From Spirochaetia bacterium (GTDB lineage Bacteria > Spirochaetota > Spirochaetia > UBA9216), in assembly GCA_963677925.2 (NCBI GenBank), contig CAXXYH010000004.1:1408001-1472000 (forward strand): 64,000 nt of DNA, read 5' to 3'. How positions within the stretch are numbered: position 1 is the stretch's first letter; every line of letters starts with the position of its first letter. Positions 1-9,243 of this stretch are shown here, in pieces. Made by a program: the position numbers and the translations under genes. Below the pieces are notes generated by a model, which was not told the DNA's origin, did no database searches, and was given only the letters and a program-made list of their open reading frames with translations.

Positions 1-535
1 TCCATGGCAGCCTCTTCATATGGATTTCGGATTTGCTGAAGCCGACTCTGCTGTTACAATGTCATGGCCGCAGGAGCACAGGGTTTTTCAGAAGGGCAGT
101 CCCTCTGCATTTCTTAAGGAGATTTGCAAGATTAATCCTCTTGGATGGGATCCGGGCCTCATCCTGATTTTTTCTCCAATAGCTGCAAAGATGTTCGCCG
201 ATGCGGGATGGACTAAAAAAAAGGTTCTGGATTATATAGTTGAATACGCAAGGGTTCCCGGAGAGGATGTTGATATTCAGTGGCTTGTTGGAAACATGCA
301 TGAGCCTGAGAATGTTCCGCTGCCCGAGGATATGAAGGCTTCTACAAGAATATTCTGGAGCAGCAGACATATGTTTGCTGTAGTCGGCGGCGGAATGGCA
401 GGTCCAATGATGGCAGTTCTTGCAGGCGGCGGAGATCATGGCGGCCCCTCCTGTACAAAGATTGATCTTCCTAAAAACTGGGATGCACTGGTTAAGGAAT
501 ACAGTGATTATTCCAGAGGTCATATTGATTATTAA
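1..535 (+). CDS. C-terminal part of a conserved hypothetical protein, resembling the family encoded next to UGSC-type (seleno)proteins; 5'-truncated by the window edge
   Basis: Frame is open back to position 2 (PWQPLHM...). Motifs LIFSPIAAKMFADAGWTK and AVVGGG..G resemble my recollection of that family. A terminator follows. Confidence 0.55.
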   Translation, partial: PWQPLHMDFGFAEADSAVTMSWPQEHRVFQKGSPSAFLKEICKINPLGWDPGLILIFSPIAAKMFADAGWTKKKVLDYIVEYARVPGEDVDIQWLVGNMHEPENVPLPEDMKASTRIFWSSRHMFAVVGGGMAGPMMAVLAGGGDHGGPSCTKIDLPKNWDALVKEYSDYSRGHIDY

Positions 536-556
536 ATAGCTGATATTTATTGTTGG

Positions 557-599
557 AAAGCCTCAGACAAAACACAGCCGATTTATCTGAGGCTTTTTT
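557..599 (+). terminator. Intrinsic terminator between convergent genes
   Basis: Stem AAAGCCTCAGA (557-567) / TCTGAGGCTTT (586-596) followed by a T run. Confidence 0.7.
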
Positions 600-604
600 A
601 TAAC

Positions 605-1531
605 TTAAGACGTGTAACTGCTGAATGATTCAAGAAGGTTGTCCAGATACAGCTTTGCAGCGGCTGAGAGGCGTTTATCTATTAGATGCGCTATCCCTAT
701 CTCCTTGATGCTGTAATCATTTTCTATCGGTATAAACAAAAGCTTTCTTTCCCAGTCTTCGGATCTGGGGGATGCAAGGACTCTTTCCTTTCTTGTTCTT
801 GATACAAACGAAACTCCGTATCCTCTGACAACAGCCTGCCCCGTCATTTTAACCGAGTTCCCTTCAAACGCTATTTTCGGAGAGAAGCCGGCCTGCCTGC
901 AGAGGTGGTGAAGAGAATCTTCCTTTCCGGGGGCAATTTTATCAATTATGAAATTTTCATTGCTGAGCTCCTCCAGCCTTACAGATTCCCGTTTACTGAA
1001 CCTGGAACCCTCAGCTGTCAGCAGAAAAAGTTCTTCGGAATACAGATGATTCCATTTGATCTGCGGCAGATTAAGCTCATCTTTTGTGCATAATGAAAAA
1101 TCAATAAACCTTGTTTCCAGCAGGTTGAGGATCTGCTCAGTGCTCTGCTGATAAAAATGAAAATGAATCTGAGGGTGATCCATATAGAATTTCCATGAAT
1201 TTTCAAGAATCGGATTTGGTTCGGTAAGCTCAAAAGATGAAGCGACCCTTACATCTCCATGAGCGCCGATATTCATATCCTTGATTTCCATCTCTGCTTC
1301 AGCAAGCTGATCAAAAACCTTTTTAACATGCTTATAGAGGCATTTGCCGAATTCATTAAGATATACAGATTTCTTGTCACGTTCAAATAGATTGGTTCCA
1401 AGCTCGTCTTCAAGATTGGCAATTGCCTTGCTGAGTGACGGCTGGGAAATATGAAGCTGTTCGGCCGCATTGGTGAAATGCTGGAGTTCCGCTACTGCTT
1501 TAAAATATTTTAACTGTGTTAATTCCATCAT
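605..1531 (-). CDS. LysR-family transcriptional regulator
   Basis: N-terminal HTH (LKYFKAVAELQHFTNAAEQLHISQPSLSKAIANLEDELGTNLFER), 308 aa, GGAGG SD. An ATAG-N7-CTAT (T-N11-A) box lies at 1562-1576. Confidence 0.95.
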   Translation of the reverse strand: MMELTQLKYFKAVAELQHFTNAAEQLHISQPSLSKAIANLEDELGTNLFERDKKSVYLNEFGKCLYKHVKKVFDQLAEAEMEIKDMNIGAHGDVRVASSFELTEPNPILENSWKFYMDHPQIHFHFYQQSTEQILNLLETRFIDFSLCTKDELNLPQIKWNHLYSEELFLLTAEGSRFSKRESVRLEELSNENFIIDKIAPGKEDSLHHLCRQAGFSPKIAFEGNSVKMTGQAVVRGYGVSFVSRTRKERVLASPRSEDWERKLLFIPIENDYSIKEIGIAHLIDKRLSAAAKLYLDNLLESFSSYTS

Positions 1532-1603
1532 CTCCTCCGGCTATTATTATAGCATTAAATAATAGTTTAAGGCTATGATGAGATCTTTTATGTAATGGAA
1601 AAC

Positions 1604-1642
1604 AAAAAACCTCTGCCACAACCTTATAGTGCGGCAGAGGTT
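1604..1642 (-). terminator. Intrinsic terminator after aor
   Basis: Stem AACCTCTGCC / GGCAGAGGTT with a U run on the minus strand. Confidence 0.75.
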
Positions 1643-1661
1643 ATAAGGTTAAAATCTTCTA

Positions 1662-3461
1662 TTATAGAGCTGCTTTATAAGCTTCAATAAATTCCTTTTC
1701 AATACCGAGTTCTTCAAGCTTTGAAACTGTCGGGCGGCCTCTTTCATCCCATCCCCGGTATTCATAGTACTCGTCCATAGCCTTGTTGAATGCTTCGGAT
1801 GTGTAGGCGATATCCTTGGGAGGTCCGGCCTTTAGCAGTTCCTTGTGGAACCTTTCGGGAAGCCTGTCTTCGGTCCGGTCGAAACCGGCCATTATATTGA
1901 ACATCCTCTGCAGGTTGAATACACGCTCACCGGTCTTGTACACCTTGTCGGCAGGCCATTCGCCGCCGTAACTCAGTTCAAAGAGTCTCCCAAGTGTATC
2001 ATCTTCGATGGGCCAGAAGTCGCAGACTCCCATGGAGAATTTACAGAACTGTGAGTTCTGCATGTCGGCTACAAGCTTTCCCTTTCCTTCAAATGTAAAA
2101 GGATCAAGCTCGCCCCAGGCTTCAAGAGCGATTGGGTAGGCTGACATATGACATCCGCCGCGTGGGGCTGTTACATATGCAATTCCCATGGCCCATGAGC
2201 CGCGCGGATCGTAACCGGGAAGCTCCATTCCCTTAACCTGCATTGCGAACTCTTCTCCGCCGTATTTTTTAGCAAGAGCCTTTGAGCCGGAAGCCGCCTC
2301 ATCGCCAAGGCCTTTTCGGTGCGCTATTGTGCCAAGCATTTCAATGGCCTTGTTTGCTTCTCCGAAACGGATTCCGAAATCATGGATACCTTTTTCAGTG
2401 GCTTCCATCATATAGGCGATGGTTCCCCCGGCGGATATGGTATCAAGGCCCAGATCGTCACATACAGAGTTAAACTCAATTACCTTTTCCCTGTTTCCAA
2501 TCCCGAGTGAAGAACCGCCGATTGCGATACTTTCATATTCCGGACCTTCAACCGATGCCCGGCCGTCAACTACATAGTTTCCGCAGGCAATACCGCATGA
2601 AAAACATGCTTTCTTATTTTTACGGACATCCTTGAATGACTGTCCGTTGATTTTATCTGAATCTTCGAATCTTCCTTCCTGGAAGTTTCTGGTCGGCAGA
2701 AGTCCCGATTCCTGGCTGTAGTCTACAAGACAGGTTGTTCCAAGGTCATATATTTCATTATCAGCAGAAATAACTTCATCTCTGACAATTACTTCCTTTG
2801 TATAATCAAGAAGACCTTTCATGTCGGCAGCACCGACACCTTTTTTACCGCGGATAACTATGGCTTTGAGATTTTTACTTCCCATGACAGCAGCCATTCC
2901 TCCGCGCCCGAGCTGACGGTATTTTTCAGATGAAACACAGGAATAGAGTACCAGATTCTCACCGGCTGGACCGATTGCAAGAATCTTTAATTCATCATCT
3001 CCGATTTCTTCCTTGATGAGTTTGTCAGTTTCAAAACAGCCAAGCCCCTTGAGCGCCGCTGCATCCCTGAGTTCTGCCTTTTTATCGGTTATATAAAGAT
3101 AGGAAAGCCTGTCTGCCTTGCCTGTAATACTTACTGCGTCGAAACCGGCATATTTAAGCTCAGCACCTGTATGGCCGCCGACAGAGCCGTCGGATATAGT
3201 TCCTGTAAGGGGTGATTTCGTTGCCATTGCCAGCTTTGAAGAGCACGAGACAATGGTTCCGCCCATTACGGAGCTGGCAAGTACGACCTTGTTTTCTTCT
3301 GAAAAAGCATCTGTTTTAGGATCAAAACCTTCCATCAGTATTCTTGATGCAAGACCTTTCTGTCCGGTGTACAGTTCCACCCATTCTTTCGGTGTGTCCG
3401 CTGCTTCAATCTTGCCTGCAGATAAGTCCACATTCAGCATTTTTCCCATTAGACTGTTCAT
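1662..3461 (-). CDS. aor: Aldehyde:ferredoxin oxidoreductase (AOR/WOR family, tungstopterin enzyme)
   Basis: Motifs KSPLTG, GRGGMAAVMGSKNLKAI, CFSCGIACG, EGPEYE, DDLGLDTIS and RGGCH. Start placed at ATG 3461, overlapping the ferredoxin stop (ATGA), with AAGGGGG upstream. Confidence 0.95.
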   Translation of the reverse strand: MNSLMGKMLNVDLSAGKIEAADTPKEWVELYTGQKGLASRILMEGFDPKTDAFSEENKVVLASSVMGGTIVSCSSKLAMATKSPLTGTISDGSVGGHTGAELKYAGFDAVSITGKADRLSYLYITDKKAELRDAAALKGLGCFETDKLIKEEIGDDELKILAIGPAGENLVLYSCVSSEKYRQLGRGGMAAVMGSKNLKAIVIRGKKGVGAADMKGLLDYTKEVIVRDEVISADNEIYDLGTTCLVDYSQESGLLPTRNFQEGRFEDSDKINGQSFKDVRKNKKACFSCGIACGNYVVDGRASVEGPEYESIAIGGSSLGIGNREKVIEFNSVCDDLGLDTISAGGTIAYMMEATEKGIHDFGIRFGEANKAIEMLGTIAHRKGLGDEAASGSKALAKKYGGEEFAMQVKGMELPGYDPRGSWAMGIAYVTAPRGGCHMSAYPIALEAWGELDPFTFEGKGKLVADMQNSQFCKFSMGVCDFWPIEDDTLGRLFELSYGGEWPADKVYKTGERVFNLQRMFNIMAGFDRTEDRLPERFHKELLKAGPPKDIAYTSEAFNKAMDEYYEYRGWDERGRPTVSKLEELGIEKEFIEAYKAAL

Positions 3462-3865
3462 GCTGAAGCCCCCTTCTTTTCCTTTAGTGATATTACGTCT
3501 TTGGGACACCATTCTATACAGGCGGGTTCTCCTCCGCAGAGATCACAGATTACTGATTTTTTTTCGTCTAAAAAGATTATCTTTGTAGGGCAGTTTCTAA
3601 CGCAGGTTCCGCAGCCTATACATTTGGCTTCGTCCACTATCATCCACCTGCCGTTGCTTGTAATTGCATTTTCAGGGCATACTTTTTCGCATTTACGGCA
3701 CATAATACAATGTTTGGACGCTATTTTAATACCGTCATCATTGTATTCATGGATCATCTTTAATCTTGCTTTTTCCGGATTGAATACTCCGTAATGTCCG
3801 GCCGAGCAGGCGAGCTGACAGAGTTTACAGCCGGTACACCCTGAAAGATCGAATTTTAAGGGCAT
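3458..3865 (-). CDS. 4Fe-4S dicluster electron-transfer subunit associated with AOR
   Basis: Multiple CxxCxxCxxxC(P) motifs, AAGGAGG SD, translationally coupled to aor. Confidence 0.93.
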   Translation of the reverse strand: MPLKFDLSGCTGCKLCQLACSAGHYGVFNPEKARLKMIHEYNDDGIKIASKHCIMCRKCEKVCPENAITSNGRWMIVDEAKCIGCGTCVRNCPTKIIFLDEKKSVICDLCGGEPACIEWCPKDVISLKEKKGASA

Positions 3866-3883
3866 AACCCCTCCTTAAGTGAT

Positions 3884-3987
3884 ATTCTCCTTCTCAAGAT
3901 TGGAAGGCTGAACTGTTTCCGGTTCAACCCTGGCGGCCTGCTTCCATAGACTGAGATTCGCCCTGCAGGAAGGTCAGCTCGGAGTAT
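3884..3987 (-). ncRNA. Moco RNA motif riboswitch, P3-less (tungsten-cofactor-associated) variant
   Basis: Minus-strand RNA: AUACUCCGAGCUGACCUUCCU...CUAUGGAAGCAGGCCGCCAGGGUUGAACCGGAAACAGUUCAGCCUUCCAAUCUUGAGAAGGAGAAU. It shows P1 CUCC/GGAG, P2 with UAUGG, an AGGG junction and a GAAA-capped P4. It sits directly 5' of the ferredoxin-aor operon. Confidence 0.85.
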
Positions 3988-4120
3988 GATTCATTATAAA
4001 TCAACTTATCATCTTTGCAATTCTGTTTTTCGTCATTTCAGAGCAATATCAGTTTGAAATCAGAGAAAATGTAAAAATCTATGGTATAAATAGATACAGC
4101 GTTATTTGCGGGGGATTAGT

Positions 4121-4324
4121 GTGCTTACGGTCAATGGAAAACCGGTAGAATGGAGGGAGGATATTTCGTTTTCAGAAATATATTCAGCTATCGGTTATAC
4201 AATCAGCAATCCACGGGTAATTGTCAGGGTTAACGGCATTAATGTTCCGAAAACGGAGCGTGCCGGTTTCAGTATTCCTGACGAGGCTGAAATAGAGGTT
4301 ATAAACACTCTTTGCGGAGGCTGA
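4121..4324 (+). CDS. ThiS/MoaD-family ubiquitin-like sulfur carrier
   Basis: 67 aa from GTG 4121. LTVNG at the N-terminus, VRVNG internally, C-terminal ..LCGG*. Divergent from the aor operon. Confidence 0.88.
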   Translation: MLTVNGKPVEWREDISFSEIYSAIGYTISNPRVIVRVNGINVPKTERAGFSIPDEAEIEVINTLCGG

Positions 4325-4331
4325 GCAATTA

Positions 4332-6020
4332 ATGAACAGAAGAATATGGCTCACAGGCATACTGAGTATTGCCGTCATTTTTATCACGGTATACATCTAC
4401 AACACCTTCTTTCTTCCCGATAATGATTCCAATTCTGATGCAGAACCGGCTTCAGCCGCAGCTGTTGAAACAGCTGAAGAGCAGGGGCCTGATAAAAGCA
4501 GTTTTTATAAATCGGTATCTCCTGAAAAATCAGGCTACTACAGTTACGAAACCAGTCTGCTGACTGCCGTCTTTGATCTGAATGACGGAACACTGCATTC
4601 TCTGTTTTTGAAGGAGTATTCAGAACCGGACGGAAGCCCGACAGATCTGGTTTATTCAGATGATAGCGGTCTCTATCCTTTCAGGCTTTCAGCGGGAGGT
4701 TTTGACGGATATGAATTAAACGGTCCGTACCAGGTGAAGGAGCTGGAGGACGGAATCGCGTTTTACACTGATTACATATCTGATTCTGAGCGTTTTAAGG
4801 TTGTACTTAACTATCATTTTGATGATTCTGATTATATGTTCCGATTCAATCTTAAACTCAATCCGGAACCGGGCTTCTCTTTACCGCAGGATTCAGCCGG
4901 TAATGTTTACAGTCTGGGATTCGGACCGCAGCTGGGGCCCGGGTTTAAGGAAACTGAACGAAGTTATGTTTACCGGTATTTCTGTCTGGAAAGCGAGGGT
5001 GAAAAGAAGAATCTAGCCGTTCCCGAAACCCAGGGATATCTTGAACTCGAAGGTACTTTCAAGTGGATGGGCGTGGAGGGCCGGTATTTTGCTGGGGTCC
5101 TGGCTCCCGTTAACCTTGAATATTCAGCGGTCTGGGTCGACAGCCCTCTTGACGGCATTGTAAAGCAGAACAGCTTTTATGTTCAGCGAAGTTCTGACGG
5201 AAGCGCTGTAGATGATACCTATCTTGTTTATTACGGGCCGAAGGATTCAGCAGTGCTCTCGGGATACGAAAATTTTGAAACCGGAGGATTCAGCACTGCG
5301 GATCTTAATCTGAAACTGCTTTCAGGCCGGGATTCGTTTACTGATATCCTTTCGGGTATTCCGCATGTGATTCTGAATCTCTTATTCAGAATCATTCCCA
5401 ATTACGGCATTGGAATAATTATACTTGTCCTTGCTGTACAGGCTGCGATATTTCCATTATCCCGCAGGACATATGGAAATGCGATACGAATGCAGCTTCT
5501 CGGCCCTAAAATATCGGAATTAAAGAAGCAGTTTCAGTGGAATACAGAAAAGATGAACCAGGAAGTTCTGGCTCTTTTTGAGAAAAATGACGTAAAACCG
5601 CGCTCCAGTTTTCTGCCGATGATAATCCATCTTCCGGTTTTTATTCTTCTGTATATTCTGCTTCTGACCGACATAGATTTCAGAGCAGCTGTCTTTATTC
5701 CCGGCTGGATACCCGATATCTCTGTCCCTGAGTACATTTGGAATTTTTCTCCTTTTACGGTTCCGGTAACGGGCTGGACAAAATTGAGAATTCTACCCTT
5801 AATAATTCTTTGTATTTCAATAATTCAGTCAAGATATATTCAGGCTCCCCAGGATTCTGTGGGAAGCATGCGTGTTATGTCTTATGTTATTCCGGTTCTC
5901 ATGTTCCTTGTTATTTATAATATGCCCTCCGGAGTTCAGCTGTACTGGCTTGTGATGACTCTGACTAATCTGATACTTCAATGGAGGCTAAAAATTCATT
6001 ATGGGCGTTCTCAAACTTAA
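4332..6020 (+). CDS. yidC: Membrane protein insertase YidC (Gram-negative type, with periplasmic domain)
   Basis: N-terminal TM, large periplasmic domain, then IPNYGIGIIIL, WIPDISVPE and MPSGVQLYW core motifs. Confidence 0.92.
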   Translation: MNRRIWLTGILSIAVIFITVYIYNTFFLPDNDSNSDAEPASAAAVETAEEQGPDKSSFYKSVSPEKSGYYSYETSLLTAVFDLNDGTLHSLFLKEYSEPDGSPTDLVYSDDSGLYPFRLSAGGFDGYELNGPYQVKELEDGIAFYTDYISDSERFKVVLNYHFDDSDYMFRFNLKLNPEPGFSLPQDSAGNVYSLGFGPQLGPGFKETERSYVYRYFCLESEGEKKNLAVPETQGYLELEGTFKWMGVEGRYFAGVLAPVNLEYSAVWVDSPLDGIVKQNSFYVQRSSDGSAVDDTYLVYYGPKDSAVLSGYENFETGGFSTADLNLKLLSGRDSFTDILSGIPHVILNLLFRIIPNYGIGIIILVLAVQAAIFPLSRRTYGNAIRMQLLGPKISELKKQFQWNTEKMNQEVLALFEKNDVKPRSSFLPMIIHLPVFILLYILLLTDIDFRAAVFIPGWIPDISVPEYIWNFSPFTVPVTGWTKLRILPLIILCISIIQSRYIQAPQDSVGSMRVMSYVIPVLMFLVIYNMPSGVQLYWLVMTLTNLILQWRLKIHYGRSQT

Positions 6021-6876
6021 TAAAAGCGGCCGCAAGGCTGAAATATTTCTTCTTATCTCCGCTTTCTTATGGGGCGGAGAGTATGTTGTTGTAAAGGATG
6101 CAGTTGCCTACCTGCCTCCGAACTGGATTAACGCTGTCCGTTTTCTTTCGGCCAGTGCTATTCTTTTTGTAATTTTCAGAAAATCAATTATTAAGACCAG
6201 TATTCAGGAAATAAAGGCAGGTATTATTCTCGGTGTTTTCCTCTTCGGCGGTTTCGCTCTGCAGACCATAGGGATTCAATATACAACTGCAAGTAAATCA
6301 GGCTTTCTTACATCTGTTTATGTTGTAATCGTCCCCTTTGCGGTATGGATTCTAAAGGGGAAGAGTCCGGGAGTCAGAGCTTTTATAAGCGCCCTTGTCT
6401 GTATTGCCGGGGTTGCCTTTATATCCCTTGAGAACGGTTTCAAATTTAATCCCGGCGATGTCCTTACTCTAGGTGCTGCCGTCTTCTATGCCGGCGGAAT
6501 CATCGGCTTTGATCATTATTCAAAAATCTATGTTCCGATTAACCTGACGTTTTATGAAATGTTTGCAGCCGGAATATTCTCGCTTATTGTATTTCTCGGT
6601 TTTGAGTCTGCACCTTCGATTCAGTGGGGAGCATATGAAATATCCCAGATGCTCTATATAATTGTGCTGGGATCCCTTGTCTGTCATCTGCTTTCAAATG
6701 TTGCAATGAAATATCTAGAGGCAGCCAGAGCATCAATCCTGTATTCATTTGAATCAGTTTTTGCCCTTGTCCTCTCAGCTATTTTTCTCCATGAACGCTT
6801 TTCATTTCAGGCCGTTATCGGTTTTATTCTGATTTTCTCCTCCCTTCTTATCAGTGAAAGCTCAGATATAGATTAG
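6001..6876 (+). CDS. EamA/DMT-family transporter
   Basis: About 10 hydrophobic segments. Motifs LWGG..VVKD, LQTIGIQYTTASKSGFLT and FESVFA. Confidence 0.92.
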   Translation: MGVLKLNKSGRKAEIFLLISAFLWGGEYVVVKDAVAYLPPNWINAVRFLSASAILFVIFRKSIIKTSIQEIKAGIILGVFLFGGFALQTIGIQYTTASKSGFLTSVYVVIVPFAVWILKGKSPGVRAFISALVCIAGVAFISLENGFKFNPGDVLTLGAAVFYAGGIIGFDHYSKIYVPINLTFYEMFAAGIFSLIVFLGFESAPSIQWGAYEISQMLYIIVLGSLVCHLLSNVAMKYLEAARASILYSFESVFALVLSAIFLHERFSFQAVIGFILIFSSLLISESSDID

Positions 6877-7061
6877 TTTACTGATTTTTTTTGCTTTTTT
6901 GAGACAGAATAGCAAATTATACTCACAAATAATCAAAATGAAACTTGTTTTATGATTTAAGAGAGTGTATAATAGCCAAAACGCTCAATTAGAGTTTCTA
7001 TAATACTGCAATATTTAACCTTAATTTTATTAATGAATAATTTTTTTGGAGGAGACCACAT

Positions 7062-7847
7062 ATGGCTGAAAACTACAAAGAGCCTAAAATTGTTTTTGAC
7101 GGATGGACAGCACCGGCCGGAACAGGAATTATTGTAACCGGAGGCGCAAGCGGAATCGGCGCTGCAACATGTATTCTTGCTGCACAGTATGGTTTGAAAG
7201 TTTCTGCATGGGATATGAATGTAAACGGCATTGATGAAACAATTGAAAGAGCCGGAGAATACGGCAGCAATATAAAGGCCATTCAGTGCGACCTCAGCAG
7301 CGATGAATCTGTTGCGGAAGCAATGAATAAGACAATAGAATGGGCAAAGCCTCTTTATCTAGCAAATGTTGCCGGTCCTACAATGCTCGGAGCAAAGGGC
7401 AGATCTTTTGAAGATGTTGTTCAGCTTGCTCTTGGTATGATTAACAGGGTTTCTGAAGCCTTTGTTGCAAGTGTGCCCGCTGAAGGAGCTGCGATATGCA
7501 ATGTATCTGCTGTTGCCGGTGTTTTTGTTGGTGATAAGAACGGCGAAGCCTGGTATCCAACAGCAAAAGCAGGTATTGTAGGCTGGTCGCTTAACCGTGC
7601 ATGTGCATATCAGGGCAAGGTCAGGGTTAATGTTATATGTCCGGGAGGACCAATTCTCACCCCCCGTAACTATAATTTTATTGATACTGCACCGGGGCTT
7701 CTTGAGCTTAAAAAGAGAAATCCTATGCATCGTCCCGGACGTCCTGAAGAATGTGCCGCAGGTATAATGTTTTTTCTCTCACCTGCGGCAAGTTATGTTA
7801 ATGGTCAGGTAATGGCTGTTGACGGCGGACTCACACGCGAAGCATAA
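7062..7847 (+). CDS. SDR-family NAD(P)-dependent oxidoreductase
   Basis: TGGASGIG, NVAG, YxxxK (YPTAK), VNGQVMAVDGG. GGAGG SD. Confidence 0.93.
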   Translation: MAENYKEPKIVFDGWTAPAGTGIIVTGGASGIGAATCILAAQYGLKVSAWDMNVNGIDETIERAGEYGSNIKAIQCDLSSDESVAEAMNKTIEWAKPLYLANVAGPTMLGAKGRSFEDVVQLALGMINRVSEAFVASVPAEGAAICNVSAVAGVFVGDKNGEAWYPTAKAGIVGWSLNRACAYQGKVRVNVICPGGPILTPRNYNFIDTAPGLLELKKRNPMHRPGRPEECAAGIMFFLSPAASYVNGQVMAVDGGLTREA

Positions 7848-7865
7848 TTAAAGAGGAGTAATTGA

Positions 7866-8543
7866 ATGTCAAATAATATCAGCAATGAAAGAAAAGAAAG
7901 CCTTGTAAAATCAGTTAAGAAACTGCAGGCATATGAAGAAATTCAGAACACTATGGGCCGCTGTACGGCTGCATTTAATTTCAGACAGGCAGAAAAGGTT
8001 TTAGGCTTTTTTGCAATGAAACAGGCCGATGTTTCGGTAGAATACTCGGACGAGGGCGTTTTTGAAAGTCCTGAAAATGTAAAATCCATAATTATGGAAG
8101 TTGTAGGTGCTCCTCAGGAAAAAGGCGAGATGATGGATATGCAGCTTACTACACCTATGATTGTTGTAGCCGATGACCTGCAGACTGCAAAAGCCGTATG
8201 GTGGTGTCCGGGCGGAGGTGCTATACCGCAGGAAAATGCTGATCCTATGGCTGTATGGAACTGGGGACAGATTGCCGCCGATTTTATTCTTGAAGACGGG
8301 GAATGGAAGATTTGGCATTTTCACTGGTTCAGAATGTTTAAGTGTTCATATGAAAAGGGCTGGGTAGAAGATCTCAGTATGCTGCACAGGCTTAACACTC
8401 CAGTTCATCCTCTTTCTAAACCATCTACTTATCACAATCCGTACTCTCCTACAGGTATCAGAGAAGGAATTCCTGCCTGTCCGCGTCCGTACGAGACATA
8501 TACTGACAGCAGCTGGATGCTTGAAACCGATAAGACAAAGTAG
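7866..8543 (+). CDS. SnoaL-like / NTF2-fold protein (SnoaL_4 type)
   Basis: EEIQNTMGR, LTTPMIVVADDLQTAKAVW and DFILEDGEWKIWHFH are typical of this family. Confidence 0.8.
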   Translation: MSNNISNERKESLVKSVKKLQAYEEIQNTMGRCTAAFNFRQAEKVLGFFAMKQADVSVEYSDEGVFESPENVKSIIMEVVGAPQEKGEMMDMQLTTPMIVVADDLQTAKAVWWCPGGGAIPQENADPMAVWNWGQIAADFILEDGEWKIWHFHWFRMFKCSYEKGWVEDLSMLHRLNTPVHPLSKPSTYHNPYSPTGIREGIPACPRPYETYTDSSWMLETDKTK

Positions 8544-8552
8544 GGGGCTTTC

Positions 8553-9224
8553 ATGAATTTTGATTTAAATGAACTTGATGAATTAAGTAATGAGGAATTT
8601 GAAGCGCTTGAAAAAAGCGTTAATAAGCTCCTTGCAGTCTGGGAAATCAAAAATGTAAGGGGTAATGCCGCTATCTTTCATGATGATCAGAGAATTGGTC
8701 AGAAAAGAAGAGAGCTGCAGTCTATGAAGCATCCGAGTGTCGATGTTGAAGGTATTATGGCTTTCCGCAGCAAGGCAGTTGTAGACAGTCTTGAAGGAAA
8801 TATGCTCATTCACCCGCTGACAACACCTGTCATAGAAGTAAATGATGAGTGTACAATGGCCAGAGGCGTATGGTGGTCTATAGGTGTTGAAGGCCTATCA
8901 AAGTTCAGGGAAACTCCGATGGCAATAATCAGCCTTGGAATGGTTCCCGGCACCCATATTGTTGAAGACGGGGAGTGGCGTGTGCTAAGCGGAGCCTGGC
9001 AGCGGACTACTAAAAATGAATACAAGAAAGGCTGGGTTCACGATATGCAGCCGACTAACACAAGACCTCCGCTGACTCCGGAACAGGATCGAAACTTCCT
9101 CGGAAAATATTCCTACCAGAAGGATGAATATAGAAAAGCTTCTCCGGAGCCTCCGCGGCCCGATACCTGGGAAAAATTCCCTGATGAAACGGATAATTCC
9201 TGGCTTTATGTTAATATAGAGTAG
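8553..9224 (+). CDS. SnoaL-like / NTF2-fold protein (second, divergent paralogue)
   Basis: HPLTTPVIEVNDECTMARGVWW, EDGEWRV and YKKGWV align with the preceding protein. Confidence 0.75.
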   Translation: MNFDLNELDELSNEEFEALEKSVNKLLAVWEIKNVRGNAAIFHDDQRIGQKRRELQSMKHPSVDVEGIMAFRSKAVVDSLEGNMLIHPLTTPVIEVNDECTMARGVWWSIGVEGLSKFRETPMAIISLGMVPGTHIVEDGEWRVLSGAWQRTTKNEYKKGWVHDMQPTNTRPPLTPEQDRNFLGKYSYQKDEYRKASPEPPRPDTWEKFPDETDNSWLYVNIE

Positions 9225-9243
9225 GAATATTAGAGAGGTTTAA

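Noticed and set aside
4322-4334. Selenocysteine read-through of the TGA ending the sulfur carrier
   Set aside because: The protein ends in the Gly-Gly required for thiocarboxylation, and an in-frame TAA follows after two codons.
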